Positions 11,454 to 21,056 of a stretch of 43,448 nt of DNA are shown piece by piece. A model generated the notes under the pieces. The model was given only the letters and a program-made list of their open reading frames with translations, was not told where the DNA came from and searched no databases. The translations under genes and the position numbers were made by a program. Within the stretch, counting starts at the first letter, position 1; each line of letters starts with the position of its first letter. This DNA is from Chloroflexota bacterium (GTDB lineage Bacteria; Chloroflexota; Anaerolineae; JAYEMR01), in contig JAYEMR010000108.1 in assembly GCA_034718215.1 (NCBI GenBank), positions 1 through 43,448 of the forward strand, in the 5' to 3' direction.

Positions 11454-12860
11454 ATGCCCGAACGAAATCTGAATGTCTTGATAGGTATCATCCTGCTGAT
11501 GGTGGCCGCTATCTGGGTGGATTGGCCCACGAATCCGGGGCTGAACCTCGACTTAGGCCCTCTCCACATCCACCGCGATATCCGGGTGCATCAGGGGCTG
11601 GACCTACAAGGCGGCCTGCAGGTGCTGTTGGAGGCGGATGTACCAGTTGGCCAGGAGGTGACCGCCGATGACATGACGGCAGCCCGGGTGATCGTAGAAA
11701 ACCGGGTGGACGGCCTGGGAGTGATGGAGCCGTTGGTGCAGAAGGCGGGAGAGCGGCGCATCATCGTCGAGTTGCCAGGCATCGAGAATCCAGAGCGGGC
11801 CATCGCCACGCTGCGGGAGACGGGCCTTCTGGAGTTCATTGACGCTGGGGCAACTTTTTTGCCGCCGGGAACCAGAGTGCACACCACTTACGGCGGCTCT
11901 GTGAGCACCCCAGTCACTGACACGACACCCGTCACCGCTACCAGCCCTGTCACCGGCATGAAAGTACCCGATGTCAGCGATCGGGTCTTCACCACCGCGC
12001 TCACTGGCCGGGACCTGGCCAAGGCAGCGCTGGCCATGAATCAGTATGGCAAGCCGGAGATACGCTTTCAGTTAAAGCCCGCTGGGGCCGAGAAGTTCAG
12101 GATTTTCACCGCTAGCCACGTGGGCCAGTTTCTGGCCATCGTCATGGACAAACAGGTCATATCCTGCCCCCGAATCCAGTCCGCCATCCCGGATGGAAGC
12201 GGTCGCATCACTGGTCGTTTCTCCCTGGAGGAGGCGCGCAGCCTCGCCATTCAGCTTAAATATGGAGCTCTGCCTGTCCCCTTAAAGGTAGTAGAGAACC
12301 GACTAGTTGGCCCTACCCTGGGACAGGATTCGGTACAGAAGAGCATCCGGGCAGGAACCATAGGCTTGGCCGTCGTCCTGCTGTTCATGCTGGCCTACTA
12401 TCGACTTCCGGGGCTGCTGGCCGACCTGGCCCTGATCCTCTATGCCCTGCTCAACTTCGCCTTCTACAAGCTGATCCCCGTCACTTTGACCCTGCCCGCT
12501 ATCGCCGGCTTCCTGCTTTCCATTGGCATGGCGGTGGATGCCAATATCCTGGTGTTTGAGCGGATTAAGGAGGAGCTGCGAGGAGGGCAGCCTCTGAGGA
12601 GGGCCGCCGAGGCGGGCTTCAGCAGGGCATGGAGCTCGATCCGCGACTCCGACCTCTCGAGCCTCATCACTTGTGCCATCCTATTCTGGTTTGGCTCCAA
12701 CTTCGGGGCCAGCATCGTAAAGGGGTTTGCCATCACCCTGGCCCTGGGTATGATCATCGATCTGTTCACAGCTATCATCGTCACGCGGGCTCTCATCCGG
12801 TTTGTGTTCTATCTGGGAGGTGAGGAGCTGCGGGGAAAACATTGGCTGCTGGGGGTCTAG
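11454..12860 (+). CDS. secD: protein translocase subunit SecD
   Basis: 468 aa. Signal-anchor helix, periplasmic domain (LGLDLQGG, RIIVELPG), and a C-terminal 5-TM bundle (GMAVDANILVFERIKEE). Confidence 0.95.
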   Translation: MPERNLNVLIGIILLMVAAIWVDWPTNPGLNLDLGPLHIHRDIRVHQGLDLQGGLQVLLEADVPVGQEVTADDMTAARVIVENRVDGLGVMEPLVQKAGERRIIVELPGIENPERAIATLRETGLLEFIDAGATFLPPGTRVHTTYGGSVSTPVTDTTPVTATSPVTGMKVPDVSDRVFTTALTGRDLAKAALAMNQYGKPEIRFQLKPAGAEKFRIFTASHVGQFLAIVMDKQVISCPRIQSAIPDGSGRITGRFSLEEARSLAIQLKYGALPVPLKVVENRLVGPTLGQDSVQKSIRAGTIGLAVVLLFMLAYYRLPGLLADLALILYALLNFAFYKLIPVTLTLPAIAGFLLSIGMAVDANILVFERIKEELRGGQPLRRAAEAGFSRAWSSIRDSDLSSLITCAILFWFGSNFGASIVKGFAITLALGMIIDLFTAIIVTRALIRFVFYLGGEELRGKHWLLGV

Positions 12861-12872
12861 CGCGGAGGATTT

Positions 12873-13805
12873 ATGTTCGAGATCGTTGGCAAGCGGAAGT
12901 GGTATTTTCTGACTTCAGGTGTTTTGATCAGCCTGAGCCTAGCGGCGATGGTCATCTCCCTCATCCGGTACGGCTCACTGGTGCGGTTGAGCGTGGATTT
13001 CACTGGTGGTGCTATGTTGGAGGTACTCTTTGAACAGCCGGTGAAGCCGGGGGAGGTGCGGCAGATATTCGTGGGCCGAGGTTACAGTGACACTTCAGTG
13101 CAGACGACGGCGGATGAGCGCACGGTTCTGATCCGCTCCAAGCCGCTGACCCCGGAGGAGAAGAAGGGGCTAAAGGAGGCGCTGAGGGAGCGTTTCGGCC
13201 CTTTGGAGGAACTCCGTTTCGAATCCGTGGGGCCTACCATCGGTCGGGAGGTGACGAGAGCCGCCGGCACCGCTGTCCTAGCCGCAGCAGCGGCGATCCT
13301 GGCCTTCATCTGGTTCGCTTTCCGCAAGATCCCCAACGCTTTCCGCTATGGGACCTGCGCCATCCTGGCCATGTTCCACGACATCCTGGTGGCCACGGGT
13401 TTCTTCGCCATCATGGGTCTGCTCCGCGCCTGGGAGGTGGATGCCCTCTTCCTGACCGCCATCCTCACCGTGCTGGGCTTCTCGGTGCAGGACACAATCG
13501 TCGTCTTCGACCGCATCCGGGAGAACACCCGCAGGCGGCGTGGAGAGCTCTTCGAGACCATCGTGAACCGCTCCATCTTGGAGACCATCCATCGCTCGCT
13601 GGCCACCCAGCTCAACGCCATCTTCATCATGATCGCCATCCTCCTGTTTGGCGGGGCGACCATCAAGAAGTTCATCGCCACGCTGCTGGTGGGGATGCTC
13701 TCCGGCACCTATTCCTCTATTTTCACCGCTGTGCCCCTTCTGGTAGCCTGGGAGAAGGGGGAACTTGGCGGCCTCTGGCAGCGGCTGCGCGGCGCGACGG
13801 CATGA
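12873..13805 (+). CDS. secF: protein translocase subunit SecF
   Basis: 310 aa. SVDFTGG motif and a TM bundle with GFSVQDTIVVFDRIREN. It lies immediately after secD. Confidence 0.95.
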   Translation: MFEIVGKRKWYFLTSGVLISLSLAAMVISLIRYGSLVRLSVDFTGGAMLEVLFEQPVKPGEVRQIFVGRGYSDTSVQTTADERTVLIRSKPLTPEEKKGLKEALRERFGPLEELRFESVGPTIGREVTRAAGTAVLAAAAAILAFIWFAFRKIPNAFRYGTCAILAMFHDILVATGFFAIMGLLRAWEVDALFLTAILTVLGFSVQDTIVVFDRIRENTRRRRGELFETIVNRSILETIHRSLATQLNAIFIMIAILLFGGATIKKFIATLLVGMLSGTYSSIFTAVPLLVAWEKGELGGLWQRLRGATA

Positions 13806-13992
13806 AAAAAGCCGACAGGCCGATGGACTATCTCTCCCCCCACTATGGGGATTGCCCGTCCTGGCCAGGGCTTCGCCTTCGGCTCGCAATGACACAGTCG
13901 GGCCTTGTTTCTTAGTAGGAGCGTAGCGACGAAGCCTCGGCCACCTTGCCAGTTACAGGTAGGACAGGCAAAACATCTGAGGACGTGGCTTT

Positions 13993-14021
13993 TTGACGTT
14001 TTGGGAAATTCATGCTATCAT
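13993..14021 (+). promoter_or_regulatory. promoter-like TTGACG-N17-TATCAT
   Basis: -35 at 13993-13998 and -10 at 14016-14021, upstream of the glycosyltransferase genes. Confidence 0.35.
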
Positions 14022-14037
14022 TACCTTGGTCGCTGGT

Positions 14038-14065
14038 GACCGGCCTCGGCTGGTCGCCGTTTTTT
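14038..14065 (+). terminator. weak hairpin plus T6 tract
   Basis: GACCGG (14038-14043) pairs with CTGGTC (14050-14055) including one G-U pair. GCCG and TTTTTT (14060-14065) follow. It could end the secDF transcript or act as a leader attenuator. Confidence 0.3.
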
Positions 14066-14129
14066 ATGCCGGCGAAAGGGGCAAGGGAGGGTTGTGTGGG
14101 CTGAGGGACCTGATCTTGAGGAAAGGACC

Positions 14130-15239
14130 ATGCGCATAGGGATAGATGCTCGCTTGATATACTACTCCAAAGTTGGTATCAGCCAGTACACCTTACGCCT
14201 CATCCAGGGTCTGGCGGAAATTGAGCAAAAGGATGAATTCCTCATTCTTCGTGATAGGCGGGATTCGCTTACTATCACCGATAACGACGATTTCGAGCGA
14301 ATCGATCTCTGGACCCCCAGCCACCATCGCTTTGAGCAGTTGGGGCTGCGCTTTGAGCTCTCCTCCCTGGGGCTTGACCTGCTCCACAGCCCCGATTTCA
14401 TCCCCCCCTTTCACCGCAACTTCAAATCTGTCATCACTATCCACGACCTGGCCTTTCTCCTCTATCCCCACTTCTTAACCCAAGACAGTGCTCGCTATTA
14501 TGGACAGATCAATCAGGCGGTGAAGAGCACCGATCACATCATCGCCGTCTCCGAATCCACCAAGCAGGATACGATCCGCTTGCTGGGTGTGCCGGAGTCA
14601 AAGATCACCGTGATCTACGAGGCGGCCAATCCCATCTATCGTCCAATGGATAAGGATAAAGCCAAGGCCTACGTAGGGAGTACCTACGGGCTGGAGGAAT
14701 ACCTGCTCTTCGTCTCCACCATTGAGCCCCGCAAGAACCTACCTACCCTCCTCCATGCTTTCCGCATTCTTCAGGATCAGTACAAAATCAAAGCGAAACT
14801 GGCTATCGTCGGCCGAAAAGGCTGGCTATCCGAGGAGATATCAGCTCTGGTGGAGAAACTACAACTGAAGGAGGGGGTGCGCTTCCTGGGCCGGGTGCCA
14901 TTGGAGGACCTAGTGCGTCTCTATAATGGAGCCCAGGCTCTGGTCCATCCCTCATTCTACGAGGGTTTTGGCCTGCCGCCTCTGGAGGCGATGTTGTGCG
15001 GAACCCCTGTGATCTGCTCTGATGTCTCAGCTTTACCTGAAGTAGTGGGGGATGCCGCACTGCTGGTATCACCGGAGGAGGTATCGGAGTGGACGGTGGC
15101 CATGCATCAAGTGCTCCACGACCAAGAGCTGCGGGCCGAGATGCGGGCTAAGGGCTATAAGCGAGCCGAATGTTTCTCCGTGGAGAAGACGGCTCGTCAG
15201 ACGCTGGAGGTCTACAAGCGGATAATCTTCGAGGAATAG
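14130..15239 (+). CDS. glycosyltransferase family 4 (GT-B, group 1)
   Basis: Start moved to the ATG at 14130 ([12 protein letters not shown]). The C-terminal GT1 motif is [40 protein letters not shown]. Confidence 0.85.
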   Translation: MRIGIDARLIYYSKVGISQYTLRLIQGLAEIEQKDEFLILRDRRDSLTITDNDDFERIDLWTPSHHRFEQLGLRFELSSLGLDLLHSPDFIPPFHRNFKSVITIHDLAFLLYPHFLTQDSARYYGQINQAVKSTDHIIAVSESTKQDTIRLLGVPESKITVIYEAANPIYRPMDKDKAKAYVGSTYGLEEYLLFVSTIEPRKNLPTLLHAFRILQDQYKIKAKLAIVGRKGWLSEEISALVEKLQLKEGVRFLGRVPLEDLVRLYNGAQALVHPSFYEGFGLPPLEAMLCGTPVICSDVSALPEVVGDAALLVSPEEVSEWTVAMHQVLHDQELRAEMRAKGYKRAECFSVEKTARQTLEVYKRIIFEE

Positions 15240-15243
15240 ACCT

Positions 15244-16458
15244 GTGCGCCTCCTGATCCTCACTCCCCAGTTCCCCTATCCGCCTCACCAAGGGACCGCC
15301 ATCCGTAACTACAATTTAATCCATCAGCTAGCAGCTCGCCACAAGATACATCTCCTGTCCTTCCTGGAGGGCCCAGGGAAAGTGGAGATGCCGCTGAGAG
15401 CAGACTGTGCCGCCATCTGCACAGTGATGGCGCCCCGGCGGGGTATGCTGGACCGGATTCGCACCCTCCTCCTCTCGCCTCTACCTGACATGGCCCTTCG
15501 GCTGGAATCCGAGGCCATGCATCAGCAGTTAGATGAGCTTCTGACCAGGCACTCCTACGATGTGATTCAGGTCGAGGGCATTGAGATGGGACCCTATCTG
15601 CTGCAGATAGCAAGTGGCAAATGGCGAATGGCGAGGGATAGGCCGCTGCTGGTCTTCGATGATCATAACTGCGAGTATGTGCTTCAGCGGCGGGTGTTGG
15701 AGGCGGATGCACGACGGCGAGGAGGGTGGCTAGGGGCTTTCTACTCCCTCATCCAGTGGAGGAAGCTTGTCCACTACGAGCGGCGATGCTGTCGGGCAGC
15801 CGATCGGGTCATGGCGGTATCGGAGGCGGATGGAAGGGCCCTGGAGCGGCTGGTCCCTGGGCTGGAGGTGACGATAGTGCCGAATGGGGTAGACACCGCT
15901 GCCTACGATCCAAGGAGGGTTGAGCCCCTTGACCTTGGCCCTGGAGCGATAGTCTTCACCGGCAAGATGGATTTTCGCCCCAACGTGGATGGCGCACTGT
16001 GGTTCGCTCAGCAAGTGCTGCCCCTTGTCCGATCTAAGAGGCCTGAGGTCCATTTCTACATCGTCGGCCAGCAGCCTCACTCCCGGCTGGATGTCCTGCG
16101 CGGCGATCCAGCGGTAACCATCACCGGTTTCGTGCCGAGAATCCAGCCCTACATCGCTGGAGCTGCCGTCTACGTGATTCCACTGCGCATGGGTGGGGGC
16201 ACACGGCTCAAGGTGTTGGAGGCCATGGCCTTGGGGAGGGGGTTGGTCTCCACTCGCTTGGGTTGTGAAGGCTTTCCTCTGATGAGATCCGGTGAGCACC
16301 TGCTTGTGGCCGATGGTGCTGCCCCATTCGCTCAAGCTGTGCTGGCCCTGCTGCGCGATCCCTCCCTGGGGCGAGGTCTAGGCCAGGCGGCCCGAGATCT
16401 CGTCACCGCTCGGTACGATTGGGCTGAGATCGTCCCCCGTTTGGAGGCTCTCTACTGA
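15244..16458 (+). CDS. glycosyltransferase family 4
   Basis: GTG start. MRLLILTPQFPYPPHQGTAIRNYNLI, and C-terminal GGGTRLKVLEAMALGRGLVSTRLGCEG. Confidence 0.85.
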   Translation: MRLLILTPQFPYPPHQGTAIRNYNLIHQLAARHKIHLLSFLEGPGKVEMPLRADCAAICTVMAPRRGMLDRIRTLLLSPLPDMALRLESEAMHQQLDELLTRHSYDVIQVEGIEMGPYLLQIASGKWRMARDRPLLVFDDHNCEYVLQRRVLEADARRRGGWLGAFYSLIQWRKLVHYERRCCRAADRVMAVSEADGRALERLVPGLEVTIVPNGVDTAAYDPRRVEPLDLGPGAIVFTGKMDFRPNVDGALWFAQQVLPLVRSKRPEVHFYIVGQQPHSRLDVLRGDPAVTITGFVPRIQPYIAGAAVYVIPLRMGGGTRLKVLEAMALGRGLVSTRLGCEGFPLMRSGEHLLVADGAAPFAQAVLALLRDPSLGRGLGQAARDLVTARYDWAEIVPRLEALY

Positions 16459-16461
16459 CCA

Positions 16462-17268
16462 ATGACAGCTACATCAGATCTGGATTCTTATCTCGAAGTC
16501 GCTGTAGAGGCCGTTAGAGCGGCGGAGGCGGAGATCCGAGGGGCGCGGGATCAGCCCCGCCAGGCGCGGTACAAGGGGTTTCGCGATGTCGTCACCGACA
16601 CCGATCTAAGGGCCGAGCGGGCCATCGTGGAGACGATCCGCGTTCACTTCCCTGACCACGGCTTCCGCACCGAGGAGTCCCCCGACGAGCGGGCGGATTT
16701 CCTGTGGCTCGTGGATCCCCTGGATGGGACGACTAACTTCGCCCACGGTTATCCCCTATTCTCTATCTCGCTGGCCCTGCGGCATGGTGATGAGACATTG
16801 GTGGGCGTGGTGTGCGATCCAATACAGGATACACTCTTCACAGCCCAGGTCGGGGAAGGAGCCTGGCTCACCCAGGCGAAATCGGGTACGAGTAACAGGA
16901 GAAGGCTGCAGGTGAGCGAGCACGACCGGTTGGAAGATGCGCTGGTGGGCCTTGATTGGGCTCGGGTTCCGAAGATGCGGCAGCGGAGTGTGGCCTGCGT
17001 CGCGGCCCTATCCTCTCGCGTGGCCACCATGCGCGCTCTGGGATCGGCGGTGTTGGCCCTGTGCGGCGTGGCTGCCGGCTGGCTGGAGGGATACTTCAAC
17101 CTGGCCCTTTACGACTGGGATGTGGCCGCGGCGGAGCTCCTAATCCGAGAGGCCGGTGGGCTAGTGACAGACCTGGGGGGGAACCCCTGGCACCCGGGGA
17201 CGAGGGGATGCCTGGCCTCCAATGGCCATCTGCACGAGGAACTCCTGACCATACTCGGTGAGGTGTGA
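16462..17268 (+). CDS. inositol monophosphatase family protein
   Basis: Metal-site motifs FRTEES and WLVDPLDGTTNFAHGYPLFSISLAL, plus the C-terminal WDVAAAELLIREAGG. Confidence 0.9.
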   Translation: MTATSDLDSYLEVAVEAVRAAEAEIRGARDQPRQARYKGFRDVVTDTDLRAERAIVETIRVHFPDHGFRTEESPDERADFLWLVDPLDGTTNFAHGYPLFSISLALRHGDETLVGVVCDPIQDTLFTAQVGEGAWLTQAKSGTSNRRRLQVSEHDRLEDALVGLDWARVPKMRQRSVACVAALSSRVATMRALGSAVLALCGVAAGWLEGYFNLALYDWDVAAAELLIREAGGLVTDLGGNPWHPGTRGCLASNGHLHEELLTILGEV

Positions 17269-18010
17269 TCATCCCATGCTCCTCTGGGCTCTGATCAGCC
17301 TGAGCGTGCTCCTGCTGACCCTCCTGGGCTACTGGCTCTTTCACATCACCGAGGGTGCCTACTTGGGTCCCCAAGTGGTGACTCTGTTCTACGACTGGGC
17401 GGCCTCCCGCTACGATGATATCAAAGGCTTCAGCAACGCTGAGGAGTCCTGGTTCTTGGCCCGCCCGCTACTCGATCGACTGGCCGCCGTGCCTCAACCG
17501 CTCGTACTGGATGTGGCCACGGGAACTGGACGGTTGCCTCTGGCCCTGATCCGAGAACGACGCTTCCAAGGGCGGATCGTGGGCCTAGACCTGTCCCGCC
17601 GTATGCTGGATCAGGCGGCCCTCAAGACCGAAAACCACACCGATCGCATCCTCTTACTCCACCAAGATGCCACGCTGCTCCCCTTCCCCGATGGGGCATT
17701 CGATGCTGTAACCTGCTTGGAGGCGCTGGAATTTCTGCCTCATCCTCGCCATACCTTGCGGGAGATGGTCCGGGTGCTGCGGCCTGGGGGAGTGCTGCTG
17801 ACCACCAACCGTCGCGGCTGGGAGGCCCGGCTGTTCTTCGGTCGATCCTTCACCCAGTCCCAGATCATCTCCCTGCTGCGGGGAATGGGGCTGGTGGGTG
17901 TCAGGGTCCAGAGTTGGCAGCACATATACGATCTGGTCTGGGCCCGCAAGCCAGGCGATCTACCGAGGGTTATACCGGGTGGGGGAAACCCGCGAATCGC
18001 CTCTACTTGA
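17258..18010 (+). CDS. class I SAM-dependent methyltransferase with an N-terminal TM helix
   Basis: Motif I VLDVATGTGRL and post-I IVGLDLS, with LRPGGVLL. The start may be the ATG at 17276. Confidence 0.8.
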   Translation: MRCDHPMLLWALISLSVLLLTLLGYWLFHITEGAYLGPQVVTLFYDWAASRYDDIKGFSNAEESWFLARPLLDRLAAVPQPLVLDVATGTGRLPLALIRERRFQGRIVGLDLSRRMLDQAALKTENHTDRILLLHQDATLLPFPDGAFDAVTCLEALEFLPHPRHTLREMVRVLRPGGVLLTTNRRGWEARLFFGRSFTQSQIISLLRGMGLVGVRVQSWQHIYDLVWARKPGDLPRVIPGGGNPRIAST

Positions 18011-18869
18011 TGTACAGCACAAACAACACCGTCATCCCCCACAGAGCGATGTCCAAAAGGAGCGGCTTGTCCTTGAAGACCAGCTCCTCCGGCGTGCCTC
18101 CTTCATTCTTTACGTGGACGAGGTATAGGTAGCGGAAGATACCGTACAGAACGAAGGGGATAGTGAGCATCATGGTGTGGTTGGGGGCCAGGTTGGTGGC
18201 GGAGAAGGTGTAGAGTGAGTAGGCGACCACAGTGGTGGAGGTTACCACAGCGATCATCTCATCCAAGAGATGGGGGGTGTACTCATTGAGCGTGGTTCGA
18301 TGCTCATCCGCCGTTCCTCCTAAGATCAGAAGCTCGTGTCGCCTCTTGGAGAAGCTGATGAAGAGGGCCAGCAGCGTGGTGCACACGTAGAGCCAGGGGG
18401 AGAAGGGGACATCGGTCACGATCACCCCCGCCGCCACTCGCAGCACGTATCCTGCGGAGACGATCAGCACATCCACGATGACTAGGTCCTTAAGCAGCAG
18501 GGAATAAGCGATCATCATGGCCAGATAGAGAACCATCACCAGGCCGAGCTGTAAATCCATCAAGAAGGCCAATGGGATGCTGATCGCAGGGAACAGGCCG
18601 GCGGCGACCATCGCCACTCGGGGCGGCAGCCTCCCTGAGGGCAGGGGACGCTGCCGCTTGGTGGGATGTTGGCGGTCCTTTTCAATGTCCGCTAGGTCGT
18701 TGATGATGTATACAGCGCTGGAGATAAGGCAGAAGAGCGCAAAGGTCCCTACGTTTCTGGCCAGCAGCCTGGGATGGAACAGCTTCTGGCCGAAGACCAG
18801 GCCGGCGAAGATGAATAGATTCTTGGCCCACTGCTTGGGCCGCATAGTTTCCAAGAGCGCTTTGAACAT
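18003..18869 (-). CDS. UbiA-family prenyltransferase, decaprenyl-phosphate phosphoribosyltransferase-like
   Basis: 288 aa polytopic protein. YIINDLADIEKDRQHPTKRQRPLPSG is the first Asp-rich motif, as in the DPPR-synthase subfamily. Confidence 0.8.
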   Translation of the reverse strand: MFKALLETMRPKQWAKNLFIFAGLVFGQKLFHPRLLARNVGTFALFCLISSAVYIINDLADIEKDRQHPTKRQRPLPSGRLPPRVAMVAAGLFPAISIPLAFLMDLQLGLVMVLYLAMMIAYSLLLKDLVIVDVLIVSAGYVLRVAAGVIVTDVPFSPWLYVCTTLLALFISFSKRRHELLILGGTADEHRTTLNEYTPHLLDEMIAVVTSTTVVAYSLYTFSATNLAPNHTMMLTIPFVLYGIFRYLYLVHVKNEGGTPEELVFKDKPLLLDIALWGMTVLFVLYIK

Positions 18870-18915
18870 AGGATGTGATACCCCCCAGGGTGTAGTATTT
18901 CATTTGGGTTGTAGA

Positions 18916-18956
18916 GGCACCCCTTGCGGGTGCCCAGGGTGGGCGCAAGGCCCACC
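18916..18956. other. twin 7-bp hairpins with mutually complementary loops
   Basis: GGCACCC-CTTGC-GGGTGCC (18916-18934) and GGTGGGC-GCAAG-GCCCACC (18938-18956). Loop CTTGC is the reverse complement of loop GCAAG. TAGA/TCTA flanks could close a junction. Confidence 0.4.
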
Positions 18957-19116
18957 TCTAACCTATTTGAAACGCACCCATGTAAATCTGCCCTGAGTGC
19001 ATTTCATTTAGGGCCACCCCTCTGGCGACTCATCCCGCCCCTAATCTTAGGTCGAGCTGAGCCTTTGGCTGCAAACCGCTTGATCAGCGCCAGCGCGCCT
19101 CTGGCGGTAAACGGAC

Positions 19117-19145
19117 TTGCTGCCCGATAGCATCCTGATTATAAT
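19117..19145 (+). promoter_or_regulatory. promoter-like TTGCTG-N17-TATAAT, putative rho promoter
   Basis: -35 at 19117-19122 and -10 TATAAT at 19140-19145. This would give a rho leader of about 280 nt. Confidence 0.45.
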
Positions 19146-19433
19146 CATAGCACTGTAGTGACCCCTGATGAGGCCCTCGGCACACGATAGCGCTGGCGGG
19201 TGCTGTTTCACGATTTTCAACTTGATCAAGGACTTTGACCAGAATACTTGCCAATTCCTCTCCCAACTCTAGGATGGAGGGGATTGGAGCTCCCCAGAGA
19301 AGACCCCTCGTCCTATGCAGTCATCCAATCGTGCGGGCAATTGAATTGCTGATCCAGGGTGCCAGAGGAAGAGCCGCCAGTCGAGAAGGAATCACCATGA
19401 GCATTATTGGTAATGAAGAATGGAGCACCTAAG

Positions 19434-20699
19434 ATGGAACAACCTATGAATATGGCTGAACTAGAGAACCTAACCCTCGACGAGCTTAAAGATGTAGCTC
19501 GGGAGATGGAAATCTCCGGATACAGCCACCTTAAGAAGAATGATCTCATCCTTCGGCTGCTACGCGCTAATGCCGAACAGCAGGGCTACCTCTTCGATGG
19601 GGGCGTGCTGGATATCGTGCAGGATGGTATCGGCTTCCTGCGCTCTGATCACATGGTGCCCGGCCCAGATGATATCTACGTCTCCCAGTCGCAGATACGC
19701 CTCTTCAACCTCCGCACTGGGGACATGGTCGTGGGACAAGTACGGCCACCCAAGGAGACGGAGAGGTACTTTTCCCTGCTGCGTGTGGAGGCGGTCAACA
19801 GTCTGGATCCAGAATCGGCTAAGGTTCGTCCCCACTTCAACAATCTGACCCCCATCTTCCCCGAAGAGCATCTCCGTTTGGAGACCAAGCCCCACATTCT
19901 GGCCTCTCGCCTCATAGATATATTGGCCCCTATAGGCCGTGGACAACGAGGGCTGATTGTCTCCCCCCCTAAGGCGGGCAAGACCACTATCCTCAAGCAG
20001 ATCGCCAACGGCATAACCGACAACTACGGCGATGTTCACCTGATGGTAGTCCTCATCGGCGAGCGGCCGGAGGAGGTGACAGACATGGATCGCTCTGTCG
20101 AGGCGGAGGTGGTGGCCTCGACCTTCGATGAGCGATTCGAGGATCACGCAAAAGTGGCGGAGATGGCCCTGGAGCGTGCCAAGCGATTGGTGGAATGCGG
20201 TCGAGACGTGGTCATTCTCCTGGACAGCATCACCCGATTAGCCCGCGCCTACAACCTGACGGTTCCATCCAGCGGCCGCACACTATCCGGCGGCCTGGAT
20301 CCCGCCGCCCTCTACCCTCCCAAGCGGTTCTTCGGAGCGGCGCGCAACATCGAAGAAGGGGGAAGCCTTACCATCATCGCCACCTGTCTAGTGGAGACTG
20401 GCAGCCGCATGGATGATATGATTTACGAGGAGTTCAAGGGCACGGGCAATATGGAGTTGACCCTCAATCGACGGCTGGCGGAGCAACGTATCTTCCCCGC
20501 CATTAACATAGAACGCTCCAGCACGCGCCGGGAGGAGTTGCTGCTAGAGGAGTGGACCCTAAGCAAGGTGTGGACCCTGCGCCGAATAGTGGCTGCGATG
20601 GGTGGTGGTCAGCAGGCTATTGAACCCCTCCTAGAGCGATTGCGTAAGACACCCAATAACCGAGAGTTCTTGAAAAGCCTGAACCAGCCCAGCGACTGA
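19434..20699 (+). CDS. rho: transcription termination factor Rho
   Basis: The ATG at 19434 has GGAG 8 nt upstream; the track ORF starts at a TTG at 19407. N-terminal [31 protein letters not shown], an RNA-binding domain, and Walker [12 protein letters not shown]. Confidence 0.95.
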   Translation: MEQPMNMAELENLTLDELKDVAREMEISGYSHLKKNDLILRLLRANAEQQGYLFDGGVLDIVQDGIGFLRSDHMVPGPDDIYVSQSQIRLFNLRTGDMVVGQVRPPKETERYFSLLRVEAVNSLDPESAKVRPHFNNLTPIFPEEHLRLETKPHILASRLIDILAPIGRGQRGLIVSPPKAGKTTILKQIANGITDNYGDVHLMVVLIGERPEEVTDMDRSVEAEVVASTFDERFEDHAKVAEMALERAKRLVECGRDVVILLDSITRLARAYNLTVPSSGRTLSGGLDPAALYPPKRFFGAARNIEEGGSLTIIATCLVETGSRMDDMIYEEFKGTGNMELTLNRRLAEQRIFPAINIERSSTRREELLLEEWTLSKVWTLRRIVAAMGGGQQAIEPLLERLRKTPNNREFLKSLNQPSD

Positions 20700-20720
20700 G
20701 CAACTGAAAGCCCTCGACGG

Positions 20721-20793
20721 TGCAACCTCCGGTCGCTTGTATTTTAATAGGAGTATCCGAAGGATGCAACCTCCGGTCGCTCGCTTTTAATAG
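20721..20793 (+). repeat. two copies of a 29-30-nt direct repeat just downstream of rho
   Basis: TGCAACCTCCGGTCGCTTGTATTTTAATAG (20721-20750) and TGCAACCTCCGGTCGCTCGCTTTTAATAG (20765-20793). Each is preceded by CGA(C/A)GG and ends in a T-rich run, so both are terminator-like. Confidence 0.7.
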
Positions 20794-20850
20794 CCCTCCC
20801 CCGAACATAAAGTGTCCGGGCTACGAAGCAGCGCCCCGTGAACGGGGCTT

Positions 20851-20888
20851 GCCTGTACCAGGTACTGGTGCCTGTACCAGGTACTGGT
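20851..20888 (+). repeat. perfect tandem duplication, 2 x 19 nt
   Basis: GCCTGTACCAGGTACTGGT at 20851-20869 and again at 20870-20888. The hairpin GCCCCG-TGAA-CGGGGC (20833-20848) precedes it. Confidence 0.9.
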
Positions 20889-20963
20889 GAAAACTTATTT
20901 TGGCATCACATCTGTATCCATCTGTGCCCGCCCGCACCTGAGCCTTTAAATCTGAGAGGCGAT

Positions 20964-20992
20964 TTGGCAATATTTCATCCTCCTGGTATAAT
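20964..20992 (+). promoter_or_regulatory. near-consensus promoter TTGGCA-N17-TATAAT with a TG extension
   Basis: -35 at 20964-20969 and -10 at 20987-20992 (TGGTATAAT), 65 nt upstream of the LysM/M23 gene. It shares GATTTGGCAAT with the promoter at 36041. Confidence 0.6.
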
Positions 20993-21056
20993 CTTGAATC
21001 TGTCAGAAGTCCATCGAAGGCGTTGTTAGTCAGAATCTCGGGAGACAAACTAACTC

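Noticed and set aside
13278-13895. A 205-aa minus-strand ORF overlapping secF.
   Set aside because: It is antisense to a clearly homologous SecF and has low-complexity Gly/Asp/Glu/His composition.
20821-21048. A 75-aa minus-strand ORF in the rho/LysM spacer.
   Set aside because: It has no RBS, spans the tandem repeats and the promoter-like site, and shows no similarity to anything I recognise.
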